Positions 21,107 through 32,919 are shown, numbered from the stretch's first letter. The stretch is 64,000 bases of DNA from Vulcanimicrobiota bacterium (GCA_963723515.1 CAVRQT010000002.1:160001-224000); one strand, 5' to 3'. Numbers and translations are program-made. Notes: generated by a model not told the origin, from the sequence alone.

Positions 21107-23267
21107 TATTGGACTTAGATACCGAGCAACGCGCGGCCGTCGATGCACCAGCCGACGAATTCCTGCTCATTTGCGGTCCGGCCGGCAGCGGCAAAACGCA
21201 AACGCTTCGCGCACGGGCCGAACGAATTGGTGGCTCTTTGCTCTCGGCAGCACAGTTCTCCCAGCTTCCTGGACTTGGAAACGACGGCAATCGATCTTCT
21301 CAAGGCCGATCTCGAGTGCGCCCATTCGGTTGATCGACGACCTTGAAGCTTCGATCATCTTCGAACGCGCCGCGGAGCCGCTCTTTTCGCTGGAGTGGGC
21401 GGAGGTGATCGAAGCGGAGATCGATCCGGAGCTCGCCGGTTTGCGAGCCCCGCAACGGTTCTTGGAAAACGCATTCCGATTGATCCAGCGCCTACGCGAA
21501 TCATCGATCGGCCCCCAGCAGTTTCTCGACGTCTCTCTCAAAGGCGCCACGAATTTCTATGCGCAGCCGCCGAATCTGGCGCATCCGGATCTGCTCTTGT
21601 ACACGAAAGATACGCACCGCGGATCGCTGCATGTCGATCGCGCTGAGCTTCAACGTCAGCATCGGCGAGAAGTTGACCTTGCGAAAGTCTTGTATAAACT
21701 GTATCAGACGTATCTCGACTTGTTGAAAGAGAGCGGCGCATTGACGGCTACAGATGCGATCGCCGAGGCGACGCGCAGCGTAAAAGAGTCGTCTGAAAAA
21801 AACACGTTAAGGTCGCGACTGCTCATCGATGATGCGCAAGAATTGGAATGGAGCGAAATCGCGTTTCTGCAGGCGCTTCATGGCGACAACCTTGCCGGCG
21901 TGACGCTCGCGGGCGATCGTGAGTCGACGCTCGGTCTCTTTGCCGGCGCGCGACCCGACCGCGTATTTGCTCTGACTTCAGAACGCTACGCACTGAGCGC
22001 ACAATACCGATGTCCGGCAGCGGTTGAACGCGCGGCACGAAAGGTCAGCACCGCACCCGACGCTCGACCGTTACCGGCCGAACGCGGCGCGGTGACGCTC
22101 TTTCGCGGCGCAGGAAAAGCCGACGAAGCATCGTTCATAGCGGCGCATGTCGCCGGCTTGCTAGATTCGGGGACACCGCCGAGCGAGATTGCGCTGATCT
22201 TTCGGTCGGTCGCAAACGTCTTCGAATACGAAGCAGCGCTGCTCGCAAAGGGGGTCGACGTGCAAGTCGCGGGCGATCTCAACCTCTTTCGCGTTGCGGA
22301 TGTCCTGGACGCTTTGGCGTTGCTTTGGAACGTACATGACCCTTTTGCACATGATTGGTTGCTGCGAACGCTTTGTGGGCCGGCACTCAATCTATCAGAT
22401 GCAAGCTTGATCGCGCTTTGCAGCGACCCAGAAAGTGAACAGACCGCGCTTTTCGAGACCGCTGAAGTGCCGCCGGAGCTCGAGCGCCGGCATGACTCGA
22501 CACGAGCGCTTCGTTTAGGCTGGAACGTCTCTCGCGGCGAACGTGATGAATCGCTAACACCGCTCGCACGAGAACGAGTTCGGCATTTTCGAGCGCAACG
22601 CGAACGGTGGCTCGAGGACGTGAAGGCGCTCGCGTTGCCTGCTTTGGCGCGCAAAATCTTCGAGGAAGGTTTAGCAGCGCGCGCCGAGCCGGGGTCCGCG
22701 CGCGCTAAGAGCCAGCAACGCAACCTGCAACGCCTGCTGCGACGAATCGAGACCTATGCGGCGCGATATCCAAGCGCCGGCCTGGCAGAATTCTTAGAGT
22801 ATGCGATGCTGCGCGCGGAGAGCAGTCTCGAAGGTTGCGAGGAAGAGCGCGAGGGTGATGCTGTAAGACTCCTCAGCGTTGCGGCCGCAGCGGGGCGCGA
22901 GTTCGATCACGTCGTAGTGGCAAACGCCCGCGCCGGATCGTTTCCCCGATATTATGTCCCCGATGCGTTCATTTTCAGCCCATCGCTCGGCACAATTGCA
23001 AAAGAAAACGCGGGAGACGCGCATGCGCCACGCACCGCGAAGTTCACCTACTACATGTTCCAAAAGAAAACGCGCGACCGTTACAATCACGAAGAGCGGC
23101 GCGCTTTTGCATACGCGCTGCGCCGCGCGCGCCGTAGCGCATTGGTCACCGCGAGCGGCAGGACAACGCGCGGCACAACGGCGCCTGAGTTCTTACATGA
23201 GTTGCAAGCGGCCGATTTTCCGCTGGCGTCGGCGCATGGCGAGCTGATCCGCTCGGCAACCTCTTAG
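21103..23267 (+). CDS. UvrD/AddA-like superfamily 1 helicase with degenerate motifs (frameshift near 21300)
   Basis: LDTEQRAAV, GPAGSGKT, LIDDAQE, GD, QYRC, IALIFR, GREFDHVVV, EERR. Confidence 0.8.
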
Positions 23268-23270
23268 CGC

Positions 23271-24230
23271 GTGCGCTTACGAACGATATCGCCGGAGGCC
23301 TACGCGCACGACATCCTACCCGTCACTGCATCGCTCTGGGCCGGCGCGCGCGATTTGCCGACCTACAAGCGGCAGACTAGTGAGCTCGCGCACTCAACGT
23401 ATGGGCGCCGGCACTACCGGACGATCGGATTATTCGATGGGGGCAATTGGCTTGCGTCTTGCAAGCGATACCAACGTACGATTCAATTTGAAGGTCACCG
23501 CCTTCAGGGCGTAGGGTTCGGCGCGGTCTTCACGCCATCACGACTTCGCGGCCGCGGCTACGCGACCACAATGCTTGCAATGCTCATGGATGAAGCGAAA
23601 GCGCAAGCATTCGATGTGGCCTATCTGTTTTCAGATATTCGTCCAGCGTTCTATCGGGTTCTCGGCTTTAAGGAATGTCCATCGTCAGTCTTCGCGATGC
23701 GCAGTGATTCACTCACCGCGCGGCGACTGCGCTGTTCAACGATCGAGAATACGGATTGGCGAGACATCGCAAAATGCTTTCGATTGCTGCAATCTCAGGA
23801 AGCCTGGGGTTTAGAGCGCTCCCCGGCGGTTTGGGATTTTATCCGGCTGCGCATCGCGCAGCGCTCAGAGCACCGCAGCGCTCAGATGGTGGCATTGGTC
23901 TTGCGCGCGAAGCGGCGCGTTATTGCCTATGTCATCGGCCAACGTCAGCCGCAAAGAGATATCTTACTGCTCGACGAGTTCGGTTGGGCCAACATTGAAG
24001 GCCGATCCGCGATTCCGACGCTTTTGAGAAGCGCGGCCGGCGATTTACGGCGGATCACCGGTTGGCTGCCGCCCGCCTCTGCACGAGTGGCGTTGCCTCG
24101 GATAACCAGAAGGCCCCGTAAGACGGAGATTTTGATGGTGGCCGCGCTTTCGAAACGTGGAACGCAACTCGCTGAAGTTGCGACGCGCAATTCGGCGAGT
24201 GACGCAGCGTGGGCGTCCGATCATATCTAA
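23271..24230 (+). CDS. GNAT family N-acetyltransferase
   Basis: GAVFT...RGRGYA acetyl-CoA motif; LFSDI...FY..LGF. Confidence 0.8.
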   Translation: MRLRTISPEAYAHDILPVTASLWAGARDLPTYKRQTSELAHSTYGRRHYRTIGLFDGGNWLASCKRYQRTIQFEGHRLQGVGFGAVFTPSRLRGRGYATTMLAMLMDEAKAQAFDVAYLFSDIRPAFYRVLGFKECPSSVFAMRSDSLTARRLRCSTIENTDWRDIAKCFRLLQSQEAWGLERSPAVWDFIRLRIAQRSEHRSAQMVALVLRAKRRVIAYVIGQRQPQRDILLLDEFGWANIEGRSAIPTLLRSAAGDLRRITGWLPPASARVALPRITRRPRKTEILMVAALSKRGTQLAEVATRNSASDAAWASDHI

Positions 24231-24235
24231 CGCAC

Positions 24236-25282
24236 CTAACTAAACAAGTCGGTCTGTCGCGGTTCTTCGGTCAAAAGCGTCGCGCAGCGCGTGCCGAGCA
24301 AGCGCACCGGCGTGCCGTTCAGCTCCGCGCGCTTCAAACAATGCGAACTTGCTTCAAAGATGCGCACCTCATCACGCGCCGCGATCTCCAGATGCGTTTG
24401 CCTGCCCACGACTCTAAAATCCGAGCGCTTGACCTTGATGCCGACGGTGCCTGCAACAAGCCCCTCGTGCTCGAGCTTCTCCGAGAGCTCGTGCGCCTGC
24501 TCGCGTAGCACGTGCAACAAATCCGCTTCTTCGCTGATGTCGTATTCGAAGGTTTCTTCTGTTGAAATCGATTTTGTTTCGCGTTCGCTTTCGACGCGCC
24601 GCGTATCTTGGCCGAGCGCAAGCGCGCGCAGTTCGATTCCCCAATTGCCAAAGAGAGCGCGGGCTTGGTCGTCGCTGAGCCCGGCCAGCTGGCCGACCGT
24701 TTCAATGCCGCGCGCGTTCAATCGGGGAACGCTCTTGGGACCGATTCCCCAAAGGCGCCGCACGGGCAGCGGCGCTAAGAACGCGGCCTCTTCACCCTTT
24801 GGAACGACGCGCAAACCATCCGGCTTAGCAGAGATCGGATGCGATCTTCGCAACCATTTTCGCTGCGGAAACGCCGGCGCTGACAGTTAGCCCAACATTT
24901 TCTCGTACTTCGTTGCGAATCGATTGCGCTATGCGGCCGCCTTCTTCCGACGAACAGTCACCGAGGGCCACGAACGCTTCATCGAACGAGAGCCCCTCAA
25001 CCGTTCGGCCGTTATGGCCGAAGATTTCAAAGATCGCTTGTGAGGCGGTCGCGATATTTTTGATAATCCGGCCGGACGACGATGAGGCCGGGACAGGCCT
25101 GCAGCGCGCGATAGAGCGGCATCGCCGAGTGCACCCCGAACGGGCGCGCTTCGTACGATGCCGTTAAGACGACCGCGCGCCGGCTGCTGCCCGCAACGGC
25201 CAGCCGGTTGGCCGCGCAACGAGGGATCGTCGCGTACCGCAACGCTCGCATAGAACGCATCAACATCGAAGTGCGCGATCAT
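24236..25282 (-). CDS. dinB: DNA polymerase IV (several frameshifts)
   Basis: IAHFDVDAFYASV, ASYEAR.FGV.SAMP, SFDEA, KPDG, LWGIGPK, KSISTEETF. Confidence 0.9.
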
Positions 25283-26125
25283 GCGCTCGCGCCGCTAAAG
25301 ATCATCTGAATCGTGCGCATATTGCGCTCGTCATCCGCGGAGTCGCCCGGCGTCTCGAGGATGCCAACCTTATCCGCTAGCTCAGGTCGCGATGCCAGCG
25401 CGCGAAAGCCGGCAAATCCGATGTTGCCTTCCGCAATATGCCAATGGCGGTCGCGGTTTGCACCGCGCTCGACTTGCGTATCGTTCAGATGGAAGAGATG
25501 CAGCCGGTCGAGCCCAATTTGCTCTGTCGCCTCGTAAAGAAAGTCATCGACGCCGCGCTGCGAGTTGATCTCGTATCCGGCCGCCCACGCATGCGCGGTG
25601 TCCAAACAAACGCCTAACTGAGGATGGTCGACGCCGCGAATAAAGCGGCCGAGCTCCTCAAGCGTGCCGCCACAGAGCTGCCCCGCGCCCGCAGAATTTT
25701 CCATCAAGAGAAAAACGCTTGGCGGAATTTCTTCAAGAACGCCCTGCAGCGCTCGACAAGCGTCCGAAAAACCGTCGGCATGCGAGCGAGTACCGTACGA
25801 TCCTAGAGTGCGTGTTGACGTAGCGAATGTTTCCCGATGCGGCGACCTCGAGATCGTGACGCAGCAAGCGCAGGGAGCCGGCCACGATCTTCTGATCGTC
25901 GCTCGCTAGATTGATTAAGTAAGAACTGTGAATGATCGCCGGCGCGATGCCCGCGTTTTCTCGCAGCTCGGAAAATTTCTTTAATGCCTGCGCGTCGGGC
26001 GGTGCGACGCGATACGAGCGCGGCGTCGAGCTGAAGACCTGCACCGCTTGCGCACCGATGCGGGACGCATGTTGAATCGCAGCCGCATATCCGCCACGAA
26101 CGTGAACGTGAATGCCGAGTTTCAC
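25279..26125 (-). CDS. nfo: Endonuclease IV (frameshifted near 25750-25810)
   Basis: LGIHV, IHSSYLINLAS, MENSAG, CLDTAH, HLND, DRH, ILETP. Confidence 0.92.
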
Positions 26126-26159
26126 AAGATCAGCTGTGGCCCTGACATGAAGCTCAGCG

Positions 26160-26726
26160 TCACGCGTTCGTGTCGAGGCGTGCTGCGATTCCCGCGGTCA
26201 AGAGATCGAGTTCAAGCGGCGCACCAGGTTCAAGCTCTAAGGGCGGCAGATCGTCAAGCGAGCGAAGGCCGAACGCTTCGAGAAATTCAGGCGTCGTCTT
26301 ATAGAGCACCGGCCGTCCGACGACATCCTTGCGACCGGCTTCAGCGATCAGGTTTCGGTCCAGCAGCGTTGAGATCACACTGTCGGCGGAGACGCCGCGA
26401 ATCGCTTCGATCTCATTGCGCGTCACCGGCTGCGAGTAGGCGACAATCGCCAGCGTCTCCAGGGCCGGCATCGAGAGCGACGTCTTTGGCGGAAGCAAAT
26501 ATGCTTCAACGGCTTCTCGTGCAGCGGGTGCGGTAGCAAATCGATAGCCGCCGGCGATCTCGCGCAAAACGACTCCACGCTCGACGAAGTCCGCTTCGAT
26601 CTGTTGCAACGCCGCGGCAACTTCAACTTCGCTTGCATGCGTCAACCTCGCGAGCTCCTTGATCGAAAGCGCTTCATTGGCCACAAAGAGCAGCGCTTCA
26701 GTTGTGCGCTGCAAGCCGGATTTCAA
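26160..26726 (-). CDS. scpB: SMC-Scp complex subunit ScpB
   Basis: EALLF, LETLAIVAYSQPVTR.EIEAIRGV, TT.EFL..FGL. Confidence 0.95.
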   Translation of the reverse strand: MKSGLQRTTEALLFVANEALSIKELARLTHASEVEVAAALQQIEADFVERGVVLREIAGGYRFATAPAAREAVEAYLLPPKTSLSMPALETLAIVAYSQPVTRNEIEAIRGVSADSVISTLLDRNLIAEAGRKDVVGRPVLYKTTPEFLEAFGLRSLDDLPPLELEPGAPLELDLLTAGIAARLDTNA

Positions 26727-27493
26727 GCGCTCTGCGGCGTGCGCAGCCGAACGAGCCGGATGTCGTCGAATGCTTCGGGCTGCTCGAAGTCGATTCGGTG
26801 TCTGCGAATCAACTCGAGAATCGCCAAAAACGTGACGATGATCGATTCACGACCCAGCTCGCGGCAAAGTTCGGAGAAGAGCACCTCGCCCGATTCCCTG
26901 ATGCGCTGCATGATAAAATCCATTTGCGCGAGCAGCGAGAGGCGTTCGCGTGCGATCGTACGGCGCTCGGGACGCGCATTACGCAGCGCAAAGATGAGCG
27001 CTCGACCTAGTCTTTCGGAATCGATCCGATAGCGTTGCTTGAGGTCGCTGGCGGGATCCGCGCCCTCGCGAAAGTGGAATGCGGCGGCCTCGAACTGGCG
27101 CGCACGGAGCTGTTCACCGACGTCGCGGAACTTCGAGTAGACGATCAGCCGCGCGCGCAGACGCTCCTCGACCTGTTCGGGCGTCTCCGCCTCTTCATCC
27201 AAAAATTCGCTCGGCACGGGCGGCAAGAGCGACTTCGATTTAAGGAAGACCAGTGTCGCAGCGATCACGAGATACTCCGCCGCAATCTCGACGTCGAGCT
27301 GCTCCATCCGGTGGATGTAGTCGAGATACTGCTCGGCAAGACTGCTCAGCGGCACGCTAGCGATGTCGACCTTCTGCTCCTTGACGAGATGGAGAAGCAG
27401 ATCGAGTGGCCCTTCAAAAACGGCTAGTGAGACGCGATATGCGTGCTCACCGTCTTCGCTCGGCGGTGCGAGTGCCTCGCGGCCCTCGCTCAA
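26723..27493 (-). CDS. scpA: Segregation and condensation protein A
   Basis: FEGPLDLLLHL, AEYLVIAATL..LKS, TFLAILEL. Confidence 0.95.
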   Translation of the reverse strand: MSEGREALAPPSEDGEHAYRVSLAVFEGPLDLLLHLVKEQKVDIASVPLSSLAEQYLDYIHRMEQLDVEIAAEYLVIAATLVFLKSKSLLPPVPSEFLDEEAETPEQVEERLRARLIVYSKFRDVGEQLRARQFEAAAFHFREGADPASDLKQRYRIDSERLGRALIFALRNARPERRTIARERLSLLAQMDFIMQRIRESGEVLFSELCRELGRESIIVTFLAILELIRRHRIDFEQPEAFDDIRLVRLRTPQSA

Positions 27494-27969
27494 CTTGTCA
27501 GTTGCTCGGCGGTTCTAGCGACGGCCGGCACATCCCCGAACGTAGCCGGATCAGCGTCGAGGTAATCGAGCGCGAGATCGACGAGCCGCTTTTCATTGAC
27601 GTACTTGAGCGATCTTTTGGCGGTGACGATGTCGAACCAGCGCGCCTCATCGACCTCGTGATCGTGGTTCGCCGTGTCGCCCGAGAGATAGCGCATCAGG
27701 TAGAACGTCACAGCCTTCTTGTGCTTCGTGCGATTCAAATAGAACCAGTACGAGATGTCGGAGAGCTTTGCAATCAATTCGGCCCAGCAGCCGGTCTCCT
27801 CGCGAACCTCACGCAAGGCGGCTTGTTCGTGCGATTCGCGTGACTCCACGTGGCCTTTTGGAAGCGACCAAATACGGGGCGAGCCGCGGCCAATGAGCAG
27901 CGCTTCATAGATGGAGTCATTACGGCGAAGCACCAGCCCGCCGGCCGAGGTCTCGTATTTGATGCGCAT
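27490..27969 (-). CDS. NUDIX hydrolase
   Basis: Nudix box PKG.....E.......REVREETG. Confidence 0.9.
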   Translation of the reverse strand: MRIKYETSAGGLVLRRNDSIYEALLIGRGSPRIWSLPKGHVESRESHEQAALREVREETGCWAELIAKLSDISYWFYLNRTKHKKAVTFYLMRYLSGDTANHDHEVDEARWFDIVTAKRSLKYVNEKRLVDLALDYLDADPATFGDVPAVARTAEQLTS

Positions 27970-28103
27970 CCTACCGCTCTCTTAGGATTGGAAAAGCGCC
28001 CCGAGGGGGCGCCTCCGACTACCTCTATTATAGCGAAGCGCACCAAGAAGCGGCGCTCCCAAAACCTTACGTCTGCTTGCCTGCTATCTAGCGCTTGCTG
28101 GCG

Positions 28104-28126
28104 GTCCCTTCGACTGGCTCAGGACG
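28104..28126 (-). repeat. REP-like palindromic repeat copy overlapping the gcvPB stop
   Basis: Minus strand CGTCCTGAGCCAGTCGAAGGGAC shares CTGAGC..GTCGAAG with 51823-51838. Confidence 0.45.
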
Positions 28127-29594
28127 GGCGCCAGCGTAGGTCCGGTTGCCGTGCAGCGCGCGTCTCATCCACGCGCGCGACGACGGTTTCTTGTGGCGCG
28201 TCCAGGATTTCTTGCGGATCACGCTTGGCCGTTGTGACGATGTCCTCGAGCGCCGCAACAAATTGATCCAAGGTCTCCTTCGACTCCGTTTCGGTCGGCT
28301 CAATCATCAAGCACTCCGGAACGATCAACGGAAAATACATCGTCGGTGCGTGGAAACCGCGATCCAGCAATGCTTTGGCAATGTCAACGGCGCGCACGCC
28401 GGTTTGTTTCTTCAACTCTTGAGCTGAGGCGACGAATTCGTGCTGACAGGTCTCCGGATACGGCATCTCAAGAAACGGCGCGACTTTGGCACGTACGTAA
28501 TTCGCGTTCAGCACCGCAAGGCGCGAAACGTCGGTCAAGCCTTCAATCCCATTGGCGTAAAGATATGCGAGCGCGCGCACGATGTGGGCAAAATTCGACC
28601 AGAAAGAACGCATCGGTCCGATCGACTTTGGAACATCGAAGTCGAGCCGGTAGGTTCGGCCGTTATTTTGCGGAGCGCTCGCGCGCACGACGGGCGTGGG
28701 GAGATATTCAACGAGATGCGGCGCGACGCCGAGCGGGCCGGAGCCGGCGCCGCCGCCGCCGTGAGGAATCGTGAATGTCTTGTGCAGGTTCAAATGCATC
28801 AAGTCGAAGCCCATGTCGCCGGGCCGCGCGATGCCCATCAGCGCATTTGCATTTGCACCATCGTAATACATCAGGCCACCCGCGTCGTGAACGGCTCGCG
28901 CGATTTCCGCGATGTGATCCTCGAATAAGCCAAGCGTATTCGGATTGGTCATCATGCAGACCGCGGTATCGGCGCCGAGCACGCCGCGCAGCGTCTCGAG
29001 TCCAACTCGTCCGCGCTCGTCACTGCGCAACGACACGACTTTAAAGCCGGCCATCGTCGCAGAAGCGGGATTGGTGCCGTGTGCGGTGTCGGGCACGATC
29101 ACGGTTTGGCGCGAACGCTCGCCGCGTTTGGAAAAATATTTCTTTGCGATCAATAGCGCTGCCAATTCACCGTGCGCTCCCGCAGCGGGATTCAATGAAA
29201 ACGCGGCCATCCCGAAAAGCGATGCCAAACTGCGCTCGAGCTCGTACATGACGGCGAGCGCGCCTTGCGACAATTCGTCCGGCGCGAACGGGTGCAGATC
29301 GCGCAATCCCGGCAAATTCGCAACCGCGTCATTGACGCGAGGATTGTACTTCATCGTGCACGAGCCGAGCGGATAGAAACCGGTATCGATTCCAAACGTC
29401 CGTTGCGAGAGTCGCGTGTAATGCCGCACCACATCGAGTTCCGTTGCCTCCGGCAAAGGCAACTCACCTCGCAAAGTTTGCGCCGGCAGAAAGTCCTCCA
29501 AGCGAGCATCGCTGGGCAAATACCGGTTTGCGCGGCCGGGTTGTCCCTGCTCGAAGATCAGCGGGAATTCGCCTTTAGAGGGAGGCTGGTACAC
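28119..29594 (-). CDS. gcvPB: Glycine dehydrogenase subunit 2
   Basis: YPLGSCTMKYNP, AHGTNPASA, HLNLHKTF, IEPTETE. Confidence 0.95.
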   Translation of the reverse strand: MYQPPSKGEFPLIFEQGQPGRANRYLPSDARLEDFLPAQTLRGELPLPEATELDVVRHYTRLSQRTFGIDTGFYPLGSCTMKYNPRVNDAVANLPGLRDLHPFAPDELSQGALAVMYELERSLASLFGMAAFSLNPAAGAHGELAALLIAKKYFSKRGERSRQTVIVPDTAHGTNPASATMAGFKVVSLRSDERGRVGLETLRGVLGADTAVCMMTNPNTLGLFEDHIAEIARAVHDAGGLMYYDGANANALMGIARPGDMGFDLMHLNLHKTFTIPHGGGGAGSGPLGVAPHLVEYLPTPVVRASAPQNNGRTYRLDFDVPKSIGPMRSFWSNFAHIVRALAYLYANGIEGLTDVSRLAVLNANYVRAKVAPFLEMPYPETCQHEFVASAQELKKQTGVRAVDIAKALLDRGFHAPTMYFPLIVPECLMIEPTETESKETLDQFVAALEDIVTTAKRDPQEILDAPQETVVARVDETRAARQPDLRWRPS

Positions 29595-30939
29595 GCGCGA
29601 CCTCTTTGAGCGCCGAGCATAAGGCCTCGATCTCTTCGGACGAAGTCATCTCGGTGGCTGCCATCAGGACGCATTCGCTCAGCTCCGGATAGAAACGTCC
29701 CAGGTCGAGACCGCCGATAATGCCACGAGCTTGCAACGCGTCAAGGACATCAGCCGCCCGCGTTCCAACGTTCAAGGCGAACTCATTAAAGAACGGCGCA
29801 TTGAACTGCAGCCGGCATCCGTCGATTGCGCTCAGTTTGCTCGCAAGTTCGTGCGCGCGCTTGGCGTTCTGCGCCGCGCAGTTGCGCAGTCCACTTGCGC
29901 CCATTAGGGCAAGGTAGATCGTTGCAATCAGCGCGCAGTGCGCTTGATTCGTGCAGATGTTCGAGGTCGCTCGCTCGCGGCGGATGTGCTGTTCGCGAGC
30001 TTGCAGCGTTAAAACATACGCCGTCTCGCCGTTGCGGTCGACGGTGCGTCCCACGAGCCGGCCGGGAATGCGCCGCAAGTGCTCGCTCTTACAAGCGATG
30101 AAGCCGACATATGGACCGCCGTATGCAAGCGCGACGCCGAACGATTGCGCCTCGCCGACGCAAATCTGCGCGCCCCATGAGGCGGGCGTTTCAAAGGCCG
30201 CTAACGCGAGCGCTTCGGCAACAACCGCGATCGGCACCGTTCCGCTTTGCGTGAATGCGGAACGCAGCTCGGTTGGAATCGACTCGAGCACCCCGAAGAA
30301 ATTGGGAGATTGTATCGCGACAGCCGCATAATTCTTGCTCAGGAGCGCATCGCGTATCGCATCCATGTCGGTTGTGCCGTCCGAGATTGCCCGGACCTCG
30401 TCGATTGCAACCTCGAGACCGTCGCAATACGTCTTCAAGACGGCGCGATAATTCGGATGAACGGCGCTGGACACGAGAATTCGTTTACGGTCGGTCGCGG
30501 CAAGGGCCATGATCGCGCCTTCAGCTAGCGCCGTCGCGCCGTCATATACCGAAGCGTCGGCAATATCCAGACCGGTCAACAAACAGATGTACGTTTGCCA
30601 CTCGTAGATCGCCTGAAGGTAACCCTGCGAAACCTCCGCCTGATACGGCGTATATGAGGTCAGAAATTCTCCGCGCATCGCGAGCGCCATGATTGCCGGC
30701 GGACAGTAGTGCCGGTAGGCGCCGGCGCCGAGAAACGACGTCATCGTGGCGGCGCGATTGCGCGCAGCGAAAGATTCAAAGCGGCGAACGATTTCGCTTT
30801 CCGGCAACGCGGGAACCACATCGGGCTTTACGCGCAACGCAACGTCGGACGGCACTCTGATCAAATCGTCGATCGAGGCGACGCCGATCGCGTCAAGCAT
30901 TTGCGCGATGTCGCGCTCGGTGTGGGGCAGGTAGGGCAT
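29575..30939 (-). CDS. gcvPA: Glycine dehydrogenase subunit 1
   Basis: YTPYQAEVSQG, SVYDG, REQHIRRERATSNICTN. Confidence 0.95.
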   Translation of the reverse strand: MPYLPHTERDIAQMLDAIGVASIDDLIRVPSDVALRVKPDVVPALPESEIVRRFESFAARNRAATMTSFLGAGAYRHYCPPAIMALAMRGEFLTSYTPYQAEVSQGYLQAIYEWQTYICLLTGLDIADASVYDGATALAEGAIMALAATDRKRILVSSAVHPNYRAVLKTYCDGLEVAIDEVRAISDGTTDMDAIRDALLSKNYAAVAIQSPNFFGVLESIPTELRSAFTQSGTVPIAVVAEALALAAFETPASWGAQICVGEAQSFGVALAYGGPYVGFIACKSEHLRRIPGRLVGRTVDRNGETAYVLTLQAREQHIRRERATSNICTNQAHCALIATIYLALMGASGLRNCAAQNAKRAHELASKLSAIDGCRLQFNAPFFNEFALNVGTRAADVLDALQARGIIGGLDLGRFYPELSECVLMAATEMTSSEEIEALCSALKEVARVPASL

Positions 30940-30943
30940 CGGG

Positions 30944-31331
30944 TTACTCGGCTTGGGCGATCAGCTCTTCGTAGCTCTCGGGCGACAAGAGGTTATCGCG
31001 CTCGCTCGCATTGTTTAGCCGAACCTTGAAGAGCCAGCCGCCTTCGAACGGCTCACGATTGACGAGCGCGGGATCGTTCTCGAGCCGCATCGTTCACTTC
31101 GACGATTTCACCGCCGATCGGCGTAAAGAGATCCGAGACGGCCTTAACCGACTCCACAACGCCCGTGTTTGAAAACTGGGCCACCTGCGTTCCGATTCTC
31201 GGCAGCTCAACGTAGACGATGTCGCCCAGCGCGCTTTGCGCGTAATCCGTGATACCGATGGTTGCCGAATCACCGTCGATCCGCACCCATTCGTGTTCGC
31301 GGCTGTAAAGCAGGTCCGAAGGCTGCGCCAC
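30944..31331 (-). CDS. gcvH: Glycine cleavage H protein (frameshift near 31085)
   Basis: [27 protein letters not shown] (lipoyl lysine); C-terminal GWLFKV in another frame. Confidence 0.93.
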
Positions 31332-32440
31332 TACTCACTTCCTCGCTTATAAAACGGCATCGCAACGACCTGAGCCGGGTATCGCGTGCCGCGGATTTCG
31401 ACCTGCAAGCGATTCCTAATGGTTGCAGCGTCGCGCTCGACGAGCGCAGTCGCGATGTTCTTGTTTCCAACGGACGGCGCAATCGAGCCGCTGCGCACGT
31501 CACCCGCTTGGCGGCCATCGTTGAAAACGGGATATCCCTCGCGCGCGGGCGCTTTGCTCTCGACGATCAAGCCCGCAATCCGTGCATAGTCGTCGGCGGC
31601 CTTCTGTCGTTCCAGCGCGGCTCTTCCGATGAACTCCGGCTTGGAAAATTTGATCGCCCAGGTTAGGCCCGCTGCGAGCGGCCCGATCGATTCTGTCAGC
31701 TCGTGGCCATAGAGCGGCATCCCCGCTTCTAAGCGCAGTACGTCGCGGGCGCCAAGGCCCGCCGGCTCAAGGCCGCCCGACTTCTTCTCTTCCAGCAACC
31801 GTTTCCAAATCTCGGGCGCATCGGCACTGTCCACGAAGAGTTCAAAGCCGTCCTCGCCCGTGTAACCCGTGCGCGCAACGGTTGCCGGTTTTTCATAAAC
31901 CGCGCCCTCGAGGCAGAAGTAGTACTTCAGTTCCGTAATGTCGGGATGAACCGCCCCGCGCAGCAACTCCGCGGATTTCGGCCCTTGGATCGCAATCAAG
32001 GCGCTCTCTCCGTGTCGATTTTCGAGCGTCACGCCGTCCGCCGGAAGATGTTCCTGAAGGTGCGCCCACATCTTCTGCGCATTCGCTGCATTGACGACGA
32101 GAAGCCAATGGTCGGGCAATCGATAGAAGATCACGTCATCGTGCGCTCCGGCCTGTTCGTTGCAGAAAATATTGTAGCGCGCTTGATACGGCTTCATCGT
32201 GGCCACGTTGTTGGAGGTCAGACGATCCGCCCACTCGGCAACGCCGGAGCCGCGCAACACAAATTGCCCCATGTGCGAGAGGTCGAAGAGTCCGGCGCGT
32301 TGACGAACCGCGTCGTGCTCTTTGAGGATCCCCGCGTATTGCAGCGGCATATCGAAGCCGCCGAAGGGCACGATGCGCGCGCCCAAAGCAACATGCTCGG
32401 CATAAAGCGGCGATTGCCGCGCCGTTTGCGGAAGCGTCAT
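31331..32440 (-). CDS. gcvT: Glycine cleavage aminomethyltransferase T
   Basis: [32 protein letters not shown]. Confidence 0.95.
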   Translation of the reverse strand: MTLPQTARQSPLYAEHVALGARIVPFGGFDMPLQYAGILKEHDAVRQRAGLFDLSHMGQFVLRGSGVAEWADRLTSNNVATMKPYQARYNIFCNEQAGAHDDVIFYRLPDHWLLVVNAANAQKMWAHLQEHLPADGVTLENRHGESALIAIQGPKSAELLRGAVHPDITELKYYFCLEGAVYEKPATVARTGYTGEDGFELFVDSADAPEIWKRLLEEKKSGGLEPAGLGARDVLRLEAGMPLYGHELTESIGPLAAGLTWAIKFSKPEFIGRAALERQKAADDYARIAGLIVESKAPAREGYPVFNDGRQAGDVRSGSIAPSVGNKNIATALVERDAATIRNRLQVEIRGTRYPAQVVAMPFYKRGSE

Positions 32441-32892
32441 CGCGCCTCTTTTGGATGATTCGTGTTGAGGAAATTGAGTGTCGCGTGCGCAACGAGCTGT
32501 TCGCCGCTGCGGACCATCACCTCACCGTAGACGATGCGCCGGCCGGATTTGAGGATCTTCGCTTCGGCAACTAAATCATGCGGCGGTAATGCGGGACGCA
32601 GGAAGTTGCACTGCAGCGCTGCGGTTGTCGTCTCTTGCTCGCGTCCGTAAATTGAAGCCAACGCACAGTAAAAGACCGTGTCGCACAAGCTAACGATTGC
32701 ACCGCCGTGCACGGCACCCGTGCCGTTTGTGATTTCCGAGCGATATGGCATGCGCATAACCGCGATACCGTTCGCGGCACTCTCCAGATGCAAGTCGAGA
32801 AGCTCGACGAAGTGCGAACGCTCCTTGTCCCAAAGGTAGCGGACCAGTTCTTGATCCGCATGATCGGCGCGCATGGCGCTAGCCCGCTTCAA
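32437..32892 (-). CDS. PaaI family thioesterase
   Basis: N..G.VHGG....L.D hot-dog fold motif. Confidence 0.85.
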   Translation of the reverse strand: MKRASAMRADHADQELVRYLWDKERSHFVELLDLHLESAANGIAVMRMPYRSEITNGTGAVHGGAIVSLCDTVFYCALASIYGREQETTTAALQCNFLRPALPPHDLVAEAKILKSGRRIVYGEVMVRSGEQLVAHATLNFLNTNHPKEAR

Positions 32893-32919
32893 GAGTCTTT
32901 CGTACTCCGCCTCGTCGCG

